A stretch of DNA of 64,000 nucleotides, taken from the NCBI GenBank assembly GCA_035690885.1, contig DASSKC010000062.1:733-64732 (forward strand). Reading direction: 5' to 3'. Every line of letters starts with the position of its first letter. Position 1 is the stretch's first letter. The stretch comes from Oleiagrimonas sp. GTDB taxonomy: Bacteria; Pseudomonadota; Gammaproteobacteria; Xanthomonadales; Rhodanobacteraceae. The notes beneath the pieces were generated by a model. That model was not told where the DNA came from, did no database searches, and saw nothing but the letters and a program-made list of their open reading frames with translations. Positions 1 through 8,839 of this stretch are shown here, piece after piece. The position numbers and the translations under genes are program-made.

Positions 1-400
1 CCGCATCGTTGTTTCATCCCAGGACATGGATCGGCTGGAAACCCTTCTGGAATCGCTGCCCGAGGGCGCGTTTCCGGGCGAGGATGCCCTGCGTGCCGAG
101 CTTGACCGTGCCGATATCGTCGAGCCCGGCGAAGTGCCGCCGGACGTGGTGACGATGAACTCGACGGTGCGTTTCAGCATGGTGGACGCCAAGGAGGACT
201 TCAGCCTGACCCTGGTCTACCCGCGCGATGTCGATGGCAGTGCCGGCAAGCTGTCCATCCTGGCACCAGTCGGCAGCGCCTTGCTGGGTCTGGCGGTCGG
301 TGATGCCATCGAATGGCCGCGACCCGGTGGCGGCACCATGCAGCTGACGATCGCCGAGGTCGTGTACCAGCCCGAACGCGCCGGCGAGCTGCATCGTTGA
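1..400 (+). CDS. rnk: Regulator of nucleoside diphosphate kinase (Rnk, GreA/GreB-like C-terminal domain); 5' end cut by the window edge
   Basis: ORF 26..400 stays open in frame to position 2. The upstream codons read R-I-V-V-S-S-Q-D before MDRLETLL, which matches the usual Rnk N-terminus. The C-terminus is Gre-type (KLSILAPVGSALLGLAVGD). Confidence 0.8.
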   Translation, partial: RIVVSSQDMDRLETLLESLPEGAFPGEDALRAELDRADIVEPGEVPPDVVTMNSTVRFSMVDAKEDFSLTLVYPRDVDGSAGKLSILAPVGSALLGLAVGDAIEWPRPGGGTMQLTIAEVVYQPERAGELHR

Positions 401-422
401 TCTCAATTGCAAAGGAGCACCC

Positions 423-899
423 ATGACCGAACGACAACGCGAAGTGACATTCCGCTTTTTGGCCGAACCGGGTGACGTCAATTTCGGCGGCAAGGTCCAC
501 GGCGGCATGGTGATGAAATGGATTGACCAGGCCGGCTACGCCGCGGCCGTGGGCTGGGCCGGTACCTATTGCGTCACGGTGGCCGTGGAGGGCGTGCAAT
601 TCGTGCGCCCGATCCTGATCGGCGATCTGGTCAGCGTGCGCGCGCGTCTGGCGCATACCGGCACGTCCAGCATGCATTTCGCGGTCGACGTGTCGGCGCG
701 CAATCTCGAAACCGGCGACGAGCGCCTGGCCACCAGCTGCGTGATCGTCTTTGTCGCGCTGGATGCGGCCGACGGCAAACCGACCCAAGTCCCCGCGTGG
801 GAGCCGCACGATGAGCTCGACCAGAGCGAACGCGATTACGTGCTCAAGGCCGCCGAACTGTCACGCGCCATGCAGACGCTGGTCCGCGACCGCCAGTAA
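423..899 (+). CDS. Acyl-CoA thioesterase (hotdog fold, YciA-like)
   Basis: 158-aa ORF with GKVHGGMVMKWIDQAGYAAA, typical of hotdog thioesterases. SD 'aaggag' lies 5 nt upstream of the ATG. Confidence 0.85.
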   Translation: MTERQREVTFRFLAEPGDVNFGGKVHGGMVMKWIDQAGYAAAVGWAGTYCVTVAVEGVQFVRPILIGDLVSVRARLAHTGTSSMHFAVDVSARNLETGDERLATSCVIVFVALDAADGKPTQVPAWEPHDELDQSERDYVLKAAELSRAMQTLVRDRQ

Positions 900-906
900 G
901 TACGGG

Positions 907-1089
907 CTAGCCTGCATTATTCACCAGCGATCTACTGCGCCGGCCCAATCGCACGCCCCGAGCGGCTTTCGCTCAATCGCAGTGCTCAACGTAGTGAAAC
1001 TACGCCTGCGCGCTGCTCAATCGTGAAATCCACTCGGGACGCACGCTTGAACCAGCTCGCTACGACCCCTGATGAATAATGCAGGCTAG
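907..1089. repeat. About 183-bp imperfect palindrome / MITE-like element with 21-bp terminal inverted repeats
   Basis: ctagcctgcattattcaccag (907-927) pairs with ctgatgaataatgcaggctag (1069-1089), 20/21 complementary. The interior is also largely self-complementary around a central gtagt-gaa-actac hairpin. It sits at the edge of an AT-rich islet. Confidence 0.5.
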
Positions 1090-1319
1090 GAGCCTGGGCC
1101 GTAGAAATCCGCCGGGCGGCAAAAGCGTCTGTGCGGTCCATATTTCCGCCGCAACGCGGTGTCGCGGTCATTCCATGCTCTCGGGTTTGTACATGCGCAC
1201 ATCGCTCCCGTGTACTTGTGTATACTTCGATCGTGTAGTTGTCGATTTGAGTATGATTCAAATATATGTAATGAATACAGAAACATATATAAATGTCATG
1301 TAAATAACATGGTTCCTTC

Positions 1320-2453
1320 ATGGACTTTCACCTGCGGCTTGTCAGCCCTGACTTCGACTCGCGTCTGACCGATACGTTGATCGAACTGAATCACCTGCGC
1401 CGGCTGCGGCTGGACGGGACGACGGCACCGTGGATGTTTTTTCAGCTCAAAAGCATCTTCCATATGCTGGAAAGCATCGGTTCGGCGCGCATCGAGGGCA
1501 ACCGCACCACGATCTCGGAGTACATCGAGCAAAAAATCGACAACACGGAACGCGCCAGCGAACGCTTCTCGGAGATTGCCAACCTCGAAGAGGCCATGAA
1601 TTTCATCGAGGCGCACATGAGTCCCGGAACGGACGTCACCCATGCCTTCGTGCGCCAGTTGCATCAGCTGGTCGTGGGCGATCTCACGCGCGAGGGCGAC
1701 AAGACGCCCGGCGCCTATCGCACATGGGATGTCGCTATTTCAGGCTCCGATCACGTACCGCCGGAGCATTTCAAGGTACGCGGCTACATGGATGAGCTGC
1801 TGGCGTTCATCAACCAGCCGCGGGCGGACAAGTACGACCTGCTCAAGACGGCGATCGCGCATCACCGCATGGCCTGGATTCACCCGTTCGGCAATGGCAA
1901 TGGCCGCACGGTGCGTCTGCTGACCTATGCGTTGATGATCAAGTACGGCTTCAACGTCAAGGATGGCAAAATTCTCAATCCGACCGCCGTGTTCTGCAAT
2001 GACCGGGACGTGTATTACCGCAAGCTCGCGGCGGCCGATACGGGCGACGACGATGCGTTGCTGGGTTGGTGCGACTATGTGCTGACCGGCATTCTCGAGG
2101 AGGTGGAAAAGATCAACCAGCTCCTGGACTTCGATTTCCTGCACGAGAAGATCCTCAATCCGACATTGAGCCTGGCCATTGACCGCGGCTACATCAACCG
2201 CGACGAGGCACGGGTATTGCGCGTCGGCATACGTCAACAGCATTTCAGGGCAGGCGACCTGGACAAGGCCCTGGACGAGATCACGCCGCGCCAACGCACG
2301 CATTTGATACACAAAATGAAGACGGCGAACTTCATCCGACCGCTCAAGGAAAACGGACGCACCTACTGCGTCAGCTTCGAGAACAACTTCCTGATGCGGT
2401 GCTTGATGCAGGTGCTGGAACACACGGGCTTTGTGCCGCCGCTGGACAAATGA
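1320..2453 (+). CDS. Fic family protein (AMPylase-type Fido domain, class II with N-terminal inhibitory helix)
   Basis: HPFGNGNGRTVR matches the Fic motif HxFx(D/E)GNGRxxR. N-terminal S-ARI-E-G fits the (S/T)xxxE(G/N) auto-inhibition motif. GC is visibly lower than the flanks, and a very AT-rich stretch lies upstream at 1200-1319. Confidence 0.9.
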   Translation: MDFHLRLVSPDFDSRLTDTLIELNHLRRLRLDGTTAPWMFFQLKSIFHMLESIGSARIEGNRTTISEYIEQKIDNTERASERFSEIANLEEAMNFIEAHMSPGTDVTHAFVRQLHQLVVGDLTREGDKTPGAYRTWDVAISGSDHVPPEHFKVRGYMDELLAFINQPRADKYDLLKTAIAHHRMAWIHPFGNGNGRTVRLLTYALMIKYGFNVKDGKILNPTAVFCNDRDVYYRKLAAADTGDDDALLGWCDYVLTGILEEVEKINQLLDFDFLHEKILNPTLSLAIDRGYINRDEARVLRVGIRQQHFRAGDLDKALDEITPRQRTHLIHKMKTANFIRPLKENGRTYCVSFENNFLMRCLMQVLEHTGFVPPLDK

Positions 2454-2462
2454 GTACCCGGC

Positions 2463-2811
2463 GTGGGCGCCAGCCCGGTGACCCAACGCGACGCGCTCGC
2501 GACCGATCGGGGTGAGCGTTTCAATGTTGTGTTGACCAATCCGCCGTTCGGCAAAAAATCCAGCTACAAGATGGTCGGCGAGGACGATTCGGTGACCACC
2601 GAGCGCGAAAGCTGCGAGCGGATCGATTTCAAGTTCACCACTTCCAACAAGCAGTTCAATTTTTTGCAGCCGTCCGGCTGCGCGCGGAGCGCAGACCAGG
2701 GCGCTGTGGGTGTACGACTACCGCACCAATGTACACAAGACGCTCAAGACCCGGCCGCTGACCTGTGTCGATCTGGAGGACTTCGTGCCGTGCGTTCGAG
2801 CTGGACAATGA
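2463..2811 (+). pseudogene. hsdM: Decayed remnant of a type I restriction-modification methyltransferase (HsdM)
   Basis: Frame 1 reads FNVVLTNPPFGKKSS...TTSNKQFNFLQ (motif IV, NPPF). After about 2690 a +1 frame reads ALWVYDYRTNVHKTLKTRPLT..DLEDFV, an HsdM C-terminal block. The N-terminal half and the middle are missing and the two pieces are out of frame. Confidence 0.75.
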
Positions 2812-2855
2812 AGGCTGAGGCGTAGCCGCCGATAGTTGCCGTGCGATCGTGGTGT

Positions 2856-3278
2856 TCAGTCGCGGTCGAGCAGGGCGTTTTGCAGCTGCAGCGACAAGGC
2901 TTCCAGCACCTCGGCGGCATAGGGCTGCGTGGTGCCGGCGCCCCATACCGGGCCCGGCCAGGCGGCATCGTTTTCGCGCCGCGCCACGACGTGGACATGC
3001 AGCTGGCGCACGATGTTGCCAAGCGCGCCGACATTGAGCTTGTCGCAGGGTGCGACACGTCGCAGCGCCTGCATGGCTTGTGTCACCTCCGACCAGAGGG
3101 TGCTCTGCTCGGAGCTTGTGAGTTGGTCGATTTCGGCCATGTCCGGGCGTCGCGGAACCAGGATCAGCCACGCAAAGCGGGCGTCTTTCATGAGGCACAC
3201 GCGGCACAGTGCCAACTCGGTGATGACGGTGGTGTCAGCGGCCAGACGCGGGTCGAGTTCGAAGTTGGTTGTGTTCAT
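2856..3278 (-). CDS. HIT family protein (histidine triad hydrolase)
   Basis: RQLHVHVVARR contains the HxHxHxx triad. I start at MNTTNF (ATG at 3278) rather than at the longer ORF start at 3344. Confidence 0.85.
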   Translation of the reverse strand: MNTTNFELDPRLAADTTVITELALCRVCLMKDARFAWLILVPRRPDMAEIDQLTSSEQSTLWSEVTQAMQALRRVAPCDKLNVGALGNIVRQLHVHVVARRENDAAWPGPVWGAGTTQPYAAEVLEALSLQLQNALLDRD

Positions 3279-3723
3279 GACGGATCGGGGCGGGTGGGCG
3301 GTGTGACCGCGGTTGTTGCCATCGTTGCATGCGCGTTCACGCATGGCGAGATGTTCGGGTGCCGGAAACCTGAACGCCTGATTGCTGCCGATGCGAATTT
3401 GGCGGGCGCTTGCCTGATGGCTTCATCTGCCATACACGGACGCCTGCCTAGCCTTCATGTGTACATATGCACGTCCACGCCGCGCCAAGGGAGGTTGCGA
3501 TCATGAAGGCTCACCACACACTTCGGGCACAGCGTCCCTGATGCGTTTTCCTGCGTCACGGAAACCCCAACCGCGTGCACCGAGGGGTGCAAGACATCGT
3601 TCCCGCAACACGCTGCACGCTCATCCACGGATGACATCGAGAACGTAATCGCCCTTTGCGGGCGCAACACGTACGTCATGACTTTGTGGTGATGACGACT
3701 TGAATCCTCAATGGAGGTAGACA

Positions 3724-4449
3724 ATGAACAAACTCAGCCATCAACCCAAGGCCCTGGTCATCGGTACCGCGCTCGCGCTCGGATTTGCCGTGCTCGGCGC
3801 AGGCTGCACCCAGGGCAATGACAATGCCGGCAAAACCTCATCCATGGCGAATGCGGGCACGAGCAGCCAGGGTGCCGGCATGAACGGCATGAGCGACAAC
3901 CATGCGGGTTCGAGTGGCAACATGTCGGCCGGCAGCGGCAACTCGACCCAGCCGGTCAGCGACACGTGGATCACGACCAAGGTCAAGACCGCCCTGGCCA
4001 CCATGGAAGGCGTGGACAACACCGACATCGATGTCGAAACCAACAACGGCGTGGTCACGTTGACCGGTATGGTTGCGTCGCAGGACTCGATCCAGTCCAT
4101 GGCTTCGGCCGCCAGGCAAGTCAAGGGCGTCACCCAGGTGAACACCAGCGGCTTGCAGGTCGGTTCCGCTTCTGCCGATGACGAGCACACCAGCGCCGGT
4201 GTCGGCAATTCCCACAGCCCGGTGAAGGACACCTGGATCACGACCAAGGTATCGGCCGCATTGCATACCGTGGATGGTCTGGACAACAGCGATATCCAGG
4301 TGGAAACCAACAATGGCGTCGTCGTGTTGATGGGCCACGTCGGTTCGCAGAAAACCGTCGACGCGGCCGTTGCGGAAGCCAAGACCATCGAGGGCGTGAA
4401 GAGCGTTGATACGTCACGACTCGAAGTCGGTGGCGGAAGCAATCAATGA
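3724..4449 (+). CDS. BON-domain lipoprotein (OsmY-like, two BON repeats)
   Basis: Lipobox LGAGC. Two repeats of DTWITTKV..AL....VDN.DI.VETNNGVV.L.G. SD 'ggagg' lies upstream. Confidence 0.9.
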   Translation: MNKLSHQPKALVIGTALALGFAVLGAGCTQGNDNAGKTSSMANAGTSSQGAGMNGMSDNHAGSSGNMSAGSGNSTQPVSDTWITTKVKTALATMEGVDNTDIDVETNNGVVTLTGMVASQDSIQSMASAARQVKGVTQVNTSGLQVGSASADDEHTSAGVGNSHSPVKDTWITTKVSAALHTVDGLDNSDIQVETNNGVVVLMGHVGSQKTVDAAVAEAKTIEGVKSVDTSRLEVGGGSNQ

Positions 4450-4493
4450 CAGCCTCCGGCTAGCCGGACTGGCATGGTGATGCCAACGTGACT

Positions 4494-4533
4494 GGCGCGC
4501 ATGATCCGCTCGGGTCATGCGCGCCTTTTGTTT
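4494..4533 (+). terminator. Rho-independent terminator after the BON gene
   Basis: Perfect 11-bp stem ggcgcgcatga (4494-4504) / tcatgcgcgcc (4515-4525) with a 10-nt loop, followed by ttttgttt. Confidence 0.8.
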
Positions 4534-5645
4534 CAATCGCGCGGCAATGGACGACGTGTCGCGAAAATTCGCGACACGGTGCCCTGGCCCAGCGACAGCA
4601 CCGCTGCGAGCAGGCGTTTGACGTCGCGCTTGCGCCACTCGGTCACCATCCCCAACAGCACCACCGACACCAGCGTGGCCGCGACCATCAACGTCCAGGC
4701 GGTAAACGAGTCGGGATCGGTGCCGAATGCCGTGCGGTAGAACTTGAGCAGGGGCATGTGGAACAGATACAGGCTGAAGGTGAATGACGCAGCCAGTCGC
4801 ACGGGGCGTGCGCGGCCGGCAAACAGGTGGAAATCGCAATGGCGCAGCGCGTAAATGTTGGTGATGGCAAGAATGCCGATCAGGTAATCGCTCAGGAAAA
4901 ACTGCGAGTAACGTAGATACTGCTCCGGAAAACCGCCAAGCAACTCGTTGACGACGGCGTCGATCGCATCGAATCCGTGAACGACCTTGAGTGCCGCGTA
5001 CACCACGATCGAGCCGAAGAACAGGCAGCGGGCGGTGGCTCGCGGCACTGGCCAGCGCTCATGCTGATGGTACAGCGCGCAACCAGCCAGCCAGATCGGA
5101 AACAGCAGCCATTGGCGCGGCCCGACGATGACCAGTGCAAGCGCCACGCATGCCCAGCGTTTCCAGCCGCGCAGATAGAACCACGCCCCGAAAATGACGT
5201 AGTACCAGACCTCGTAGGAAAGCGACCAGAACGGGCCATTGGAGAGCATGGTCTCGTTCAAGAACCACCAGTCGGTACCGAACGCCAGCCAATAGGGAAT
5301 GTACAAGCCGATATCGTCGAACTGGTAGATGTGCAGCGAGGGCACCATGGATGCACGGGCCGCGTCCAGCATGATGGTCAGCGCAATGGCGGGGATGGCC
5401 ACCGAGTAGATGCGCGCGGCGCGCGACAGACCGAAATCCCGCAGCGTGCGTTCCTTGTGTGCGGACACATAGGCAATCACGAATCCGGAAAGCACGAAGA
5501 AAATGATCACCCCGTCGTGACCGAAGTCGCTCAGCATGGAGGGCATCAACGCGGTGTACGGCGTGTCGCTGGCGTGACTGAGAAAGACCCCCGCCGCGGC
5601 AATGAAGCGCAGCAAATCGAGGTAGACCGACATTCGTCTGTCCAT
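4533..5645 (-). CDS. Acyltransferase family 3 membrane protein (OafA/NolL-like O-acyltransferase)
   Basis: 370-aa polytopic ORF. The N-terminus, YLDLLRFIAAAGVFLSHASD...GHDGVIIFFVLSGFVI, is typical of acyltransferase_3. Confidence 0.85.
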   Translation of the reverse strand: MDRRMSVYLDLLRFIAAAGVFLSHASDTPYTALMPSMLSDFGHDGVIIFFVLSGFVIAYVSAHKERTLRDFGLSRAARIYSVAIPAIALTIMLDAARASMVPSLHIYQFDDIGLYIPYWLAFGTDWWFLNETMLSNGPFWSLSYEVWYYVIFGAWFYLRGWKRWACVALALVIVGPRQWLLFPIWLAGCALYHQHERWPVPRATARCLFFGSIVVYAALKVVHGFDAIDAVVNELLGGFPEQYLRYSQFFLSDYLIGILAITNIYALRHCDFHLFAGRARPVRLAASFTFSLYLFHMPLLKFYRTAFGTDPDSFTAWTLMVAATLVSVVLLGMVTEWRKRDVKRLLAAVLSLGQGTVSRIFATRRPLPRD

Positions 5646-5880
5646 GGTGCACCCAACCCGAAGCGTGGGACGCAGCGCATTGCGCAGTACTGGAATAGCA
5701 ACATGCGTGCCATCGGTTCAGGTCGTTGTTTTTGCGGGGAGCGTCGCAACGCGGGTCGGTGAAATCGCGAAATTTTGTAATCTTTTCCGACATGGCCAGC
5801 GAGCCGCTCGATGGTGACAGTTGCTCGATGCGGAGCCGGCGTTAATCTGGTAGTCCCCGATCACGTGAGGTAGCGGAGTC

Positions 5881-7608
5881 ATGGCCAAGAGAACGATTGC
5901 CGATGTGCTGGTCGAATTGCTGGTGCACGCCGGCGTCAAACAGGTCTGGGGTTTGCCGGGCGACTCGCTCAACGGATTCACCGAAGCCTTGTGCAAGCGC
6001 GACGGCATCCGCTGGATCGGCGTGCGCCATGAAGAGGTGGCGGCGATCGCGGCAGCGGGAGAAGCCGACGCCCATGGCGGCCTGACCGTGTGTGCCGGTT
6101 CGTGCGGTCCCGGCAACCTGCACCTCATCAACGGTTTGTTCGAGGCGCAGCGCGCCAAGGTGCCGATGGTGGCCATTGCCGCGCAGATTCCTTCCTCGGA
6201 AATCGGCCTGGGATACTTCCAGGAAACCCATCCGCAGAACCTGTTCCGCGAATGCAGCGATTTTTGCGAACTGGTGGCGCATCCCGCCCAGGTACCGCAG
6301 GTGTTCGGGGCGGCCGTCAGCAGCGCCGTGGTCAACCGCTCGGTGTCGGTCCTCGTGTTGCCGGGGGATATCGCGCTGGCCGAGGCTTCGTCGCGCTCGC
6401 TGCACTGGCAACCACCGGTCCAGCCCGTCGTGGTGCCGCCGGATGCGGCACTGGACGAGCTGGCCGGACACATCAAGAAGGCGTCGAAGATCACCATCCT
6501 CGGCGGTTATGGCTGCCAGGAGTGTCACGACGAAGTCGTGCAGCTGGCCGGAAAGATCAAGGCTCCCGTCGTGCACGCGCTGCGCGGCAAGCAGTCGCTG
6601 GAATACGACAACCCGTATGACGTCGGCATGACCGGCCTGATCGGATTTTCCTCCGGCTACAAAGCCATGCGCGAGTGCGAATTGTTGCTGATGCTGGGCA
6701 CCAATTTCCCGTATCGCGACTTCTATCCCGAACACGGGCACATCGTGCAGGTGGACATCCGCGGCCACCACCTGGGGCGGCGTTCATCGCTGACCATGGG
6801 TCTGCTGGGTGATGTCGGCGCGACGCTGCGCGCACTGTTGCCACGGCTGGAGGAGAAAACCGACAAGACGTTTCTCGAGGCCAGTCAGAACGATTACCGC
6901 AAGGCACGTGAAGGGCTGGATGACCTGGCCACGCCGCGCAAGGAAGGCAAGCCGTTGCATCCGCAATACCTGACGGCGCGGGTTTCGGAACTGGCCGACG
7001 AGGACGCGATTTTCACTGCCGATGTGGGCACGCCGACCGTATGGGCGGCGCGCTACATCCACATGACGCGCGAGCGACGTCTGACCGGGTCGTTCATGCA
7101 CGGTTCGATGGCCGATGCCGTGCCGCTGGCCATGGGGTGGCAGGTCGCGCATCCCGAGCGTCAGGTGGTGGCACTGGCCGGTGATGGCGGCGTGACCATG
7201 CTCATGGGTGACCTGGTCACGCTGGTGGCCGAGAAGCTGCCGGTGAAAGTCATCGTCTACAACAACGAGACGCTCGGCTTCGTGGCCATGGAGATGAAGG
7301 CGGCCGGCTACATCGACGAAACCACCGACAACCCGCCCGTGGACTTCGCGGCGCTGGCCGAATCGCTGGGCATGCGCGGCTTCAAGGTCACCTCATCCGA
7401 ACAACTCGATGAAACGCTGAAAAAAGCGCTGGCCCATGACGGCCCGGCGCTGGTCGATGTGCACACGGCCAAGCAGGAGTTGTCGATGCCGCCCAAGATC
7501 GAGGCCAAACAGGCGCGCGGCTTTTCGCTGTACATGTTGCGCGCGGTCATGAACGGACGCGGTGACCAGGTCATTGACCTGGGCAAGACCAACTGGTGGC
7601 GGCGCTGA
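5881..7608 (+). CDS. poxB: Pyruvate dehydrogenase (quinone) / pyruvate oxidase, TPP-dependent
   Basis: 575 aa. N-terminus IADVLVELLVHAGVKQVWGLPGDSLNG. TPP motif GDGG...(about 25 aa)...NN. The C-terminal tail is PoxB-like. Confidence 0.9.
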   Translation: MAKRTIADVLVELLVHAGVKQVWGLPGDSLNGFTEALCKRDGIRWIGVRHEEVAAIAAAGEADAHGGLTVCAGSCGPGNLHLINGLFEAQRAKVPMVAIAAQIPSSEIGLGYFQETHPQNLFRECSDFCELVAHPAQVPQVFGAAVSSAVVNRSVSVLVLPGDIALAEASSRSLHWQPPVQPVVVPPDAALDELAGHIKKASKITILGGYGCQECHDEVVQLAGKIKAPVVHALRGKQSLEYDNPYDVGMTGLIGFSSGYKAMRECELLLMLGTNFPYRDFYPEHGHIVQVDIRGHHLGRRSSLTMGLLGDVGATLRALLPRLEEKTDKTFLEASQNDYRKAREGLDDLATPRKEGKPLHPQYLTARVSELADEDAIFTADVGTPTVWAARYIHMTRERRLTGSFMHGSMADAVPLAMGWQVAHPERQVVALAGDGGVTMLMGDLVTLVAEKLPVKVIVYNNETLGFVAMEMKAAGYIDETTDNPPVDFAALAESLGMRGFKVTSSEQLDETLKKALAHDGPALVDVHTAKQELSMPPKIEAKQARGFSLYMLRAVMNGRGDQVIDLGKTNWWRR

Positions 7609-7716
7609 AACACGATGCAAAACTGAACCCGAGGGGAGGCGACCGAACGGTCGGACCTTGCCAAAGCATGGTTCGGCCCAAGCTCGTGGATACATGCGAG
7701 TGAAGAGGTAGCGGAT

Positions 7717-8424
7717 ATGGCGGACAACAAACGTGTCGTGATTCTGGGTGGCCACGGCAAGGTCGGGTTGCTGGCGGCGGCCAAGCTGAATGCCGCCGGC
7801 CATGCGGTGGATTCGGTGATACGCGATCCCGGTCAGGCCGACGACGTCGAGCAGGCCGGCGGGCGACCGGTCGAGCTGGACATCCAGTCGGCCAGCGTGG
7901 ACGATCTGATCGGCTTGTTCACCGGCGCCGAGGCCATCGTGTTTACCGCCGGTGCCGGCGGAAAAGGCCCGGCGGAGCGCACGCGTGCGGTCGACCATGA
8001 CGCGGCCGTGCGCACCATGCAGGCGGCCGAACGCTCTGGCGTGCAGCGCTACGTGATGGTTTCCTACGCCCATGCACTGGATCAGTACCGGGAGTTGGGA
8101 CCGGAACACAGCTTCTATCCCTATGCCAAGGCCAAGCATGATGCCGACGCGCATCTGCGTGAGACGGCGCTTGACTACACCATCCTCGGCCCCGGGTTGC
8201 TTACCCTGGAGTCGGCCACGGGCAAGCTTCAGCTTGCCGACGAACACGGCAAAGTGGATGGCGACTGGCCGGACGACAAGAACGTCACCTCGCGCGAGAA
8301 CGTGGCGGCCGTCATCACCCATGTGATCGCCGCACACGCGGCAGTGCGTCAAACCGTGAATTTCTATGATGGCGACGTGGCGATTTCCGATGCGCTCGCA
8401 CCTGGTTCGAGGGTATCGGCATGA
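7717..8424 (+). CDS. NAD(P)H-binding atypical SDR family oxidoreductase
   Basis: Rossmann motif VVILGGHGKVG. YxxxK-like YAKAK. Confidence 0.8.
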   Translation: MADNKRVVILGGHGKVGLLAAAKLNAAGHAVDSVIRDPGQADDVEQAGGRPVELDIQSASVDDLIGLFTGAEAIVFTAGAGGKGPAERTRAVDHDAAVRTMQAAERSGVQRYVMVSYAHALDQYRELGPEHSFYPYAKAKHDADAHLRETALDYTILGPGLLTLESATGKLQLADEHGKVDGDWPDDKNVTSRENVAAVITHVIAAHAAVRQTVNFYDGDVAISDALAPGSRVSA

Positions 8425-8711
8425 ACACCATGAGCATGAGGCTGACGGGTTCGGCGGCATCGATCGACGCGATGCTGGACGTGTTGCGCGGATCGGCCGG
8501 TGTCGAAAGTATCGTGGAGTTGGGTGTCAGCGAGATGCCGCACATGTCCGAAGACTCCAGTTCGGCGGAACTCCCGAGCGACACGCATACCGGCGCCCGT
8601 GACGTCGAAGTGCACGTCATCGACGAGGCGATGCTCGACAACGTGCGCACGCGCATCGAGGCGGCTGCGCACGATGCGGGAGTGGTGGTGGAGTGGCTCG
8701 AATCGATGTGA
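8421..8711 (+). CDS. Hypothetical small acidic protein (96 aa)
   Basis: ATGA start/stop overlap with the upstream SDR gene suggests translational coupling. Codon third positions look host-like. No family recognised. Confidence 0.45.
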   Translation: MNTMSMRLTGSAASIDAMLDVLRGSAGVESIVELGVSEMPHMSEDSSSAELPSDTHTGARDVEVHVIDEAMLDNVRTRIEAAAHDAGVVVEWLESM

Positions 8712-8839
8712 TGCGGATGTGGTCCATGCGCACGGTCTGCAGGTACGTCTTCATCATCGTAAATGGCGTGATGGCTCCGGGCTTACATCGCGCAGGGGCG
8801 TCCCCAGATGAGTAGTGTCCCCAACCACCGGAGCTCGTC

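Noticed and set aside
940-1070. tRNA- or tmRNA-like sequence (ggttcaagcg on the minus strand) that could mark an integration site for the Fic islet
   Set aside because: No cloverleaf can be drawn: the flanks of the putative T-loop do not pair and there is no acceptor stem. The sequence is better explained as the interior of the long palindromic element.
2463-2825. 120-aa ORF as an intact small DNA methyltransferase
   Set aside because: It contains only motif IV (NPPF) of HsdM. The real C-terminal HsdM block continues in a different frame, and the AdoMet-binding N-terminal half is absent. I therefore called it a pseudogene remnant.
3345-3723. 89-aa (-) and 63-aa (+) ORFs, and small hairpins, in the 380-bp HIT/BON intergenic region
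   Set aside because: The ORFs have no SD sequence, have atypical composition and carry no motifs. The hairpins are short (4-6 bp) and lack a conserved context. The region is most likely just divergent promoter and leader sequence.
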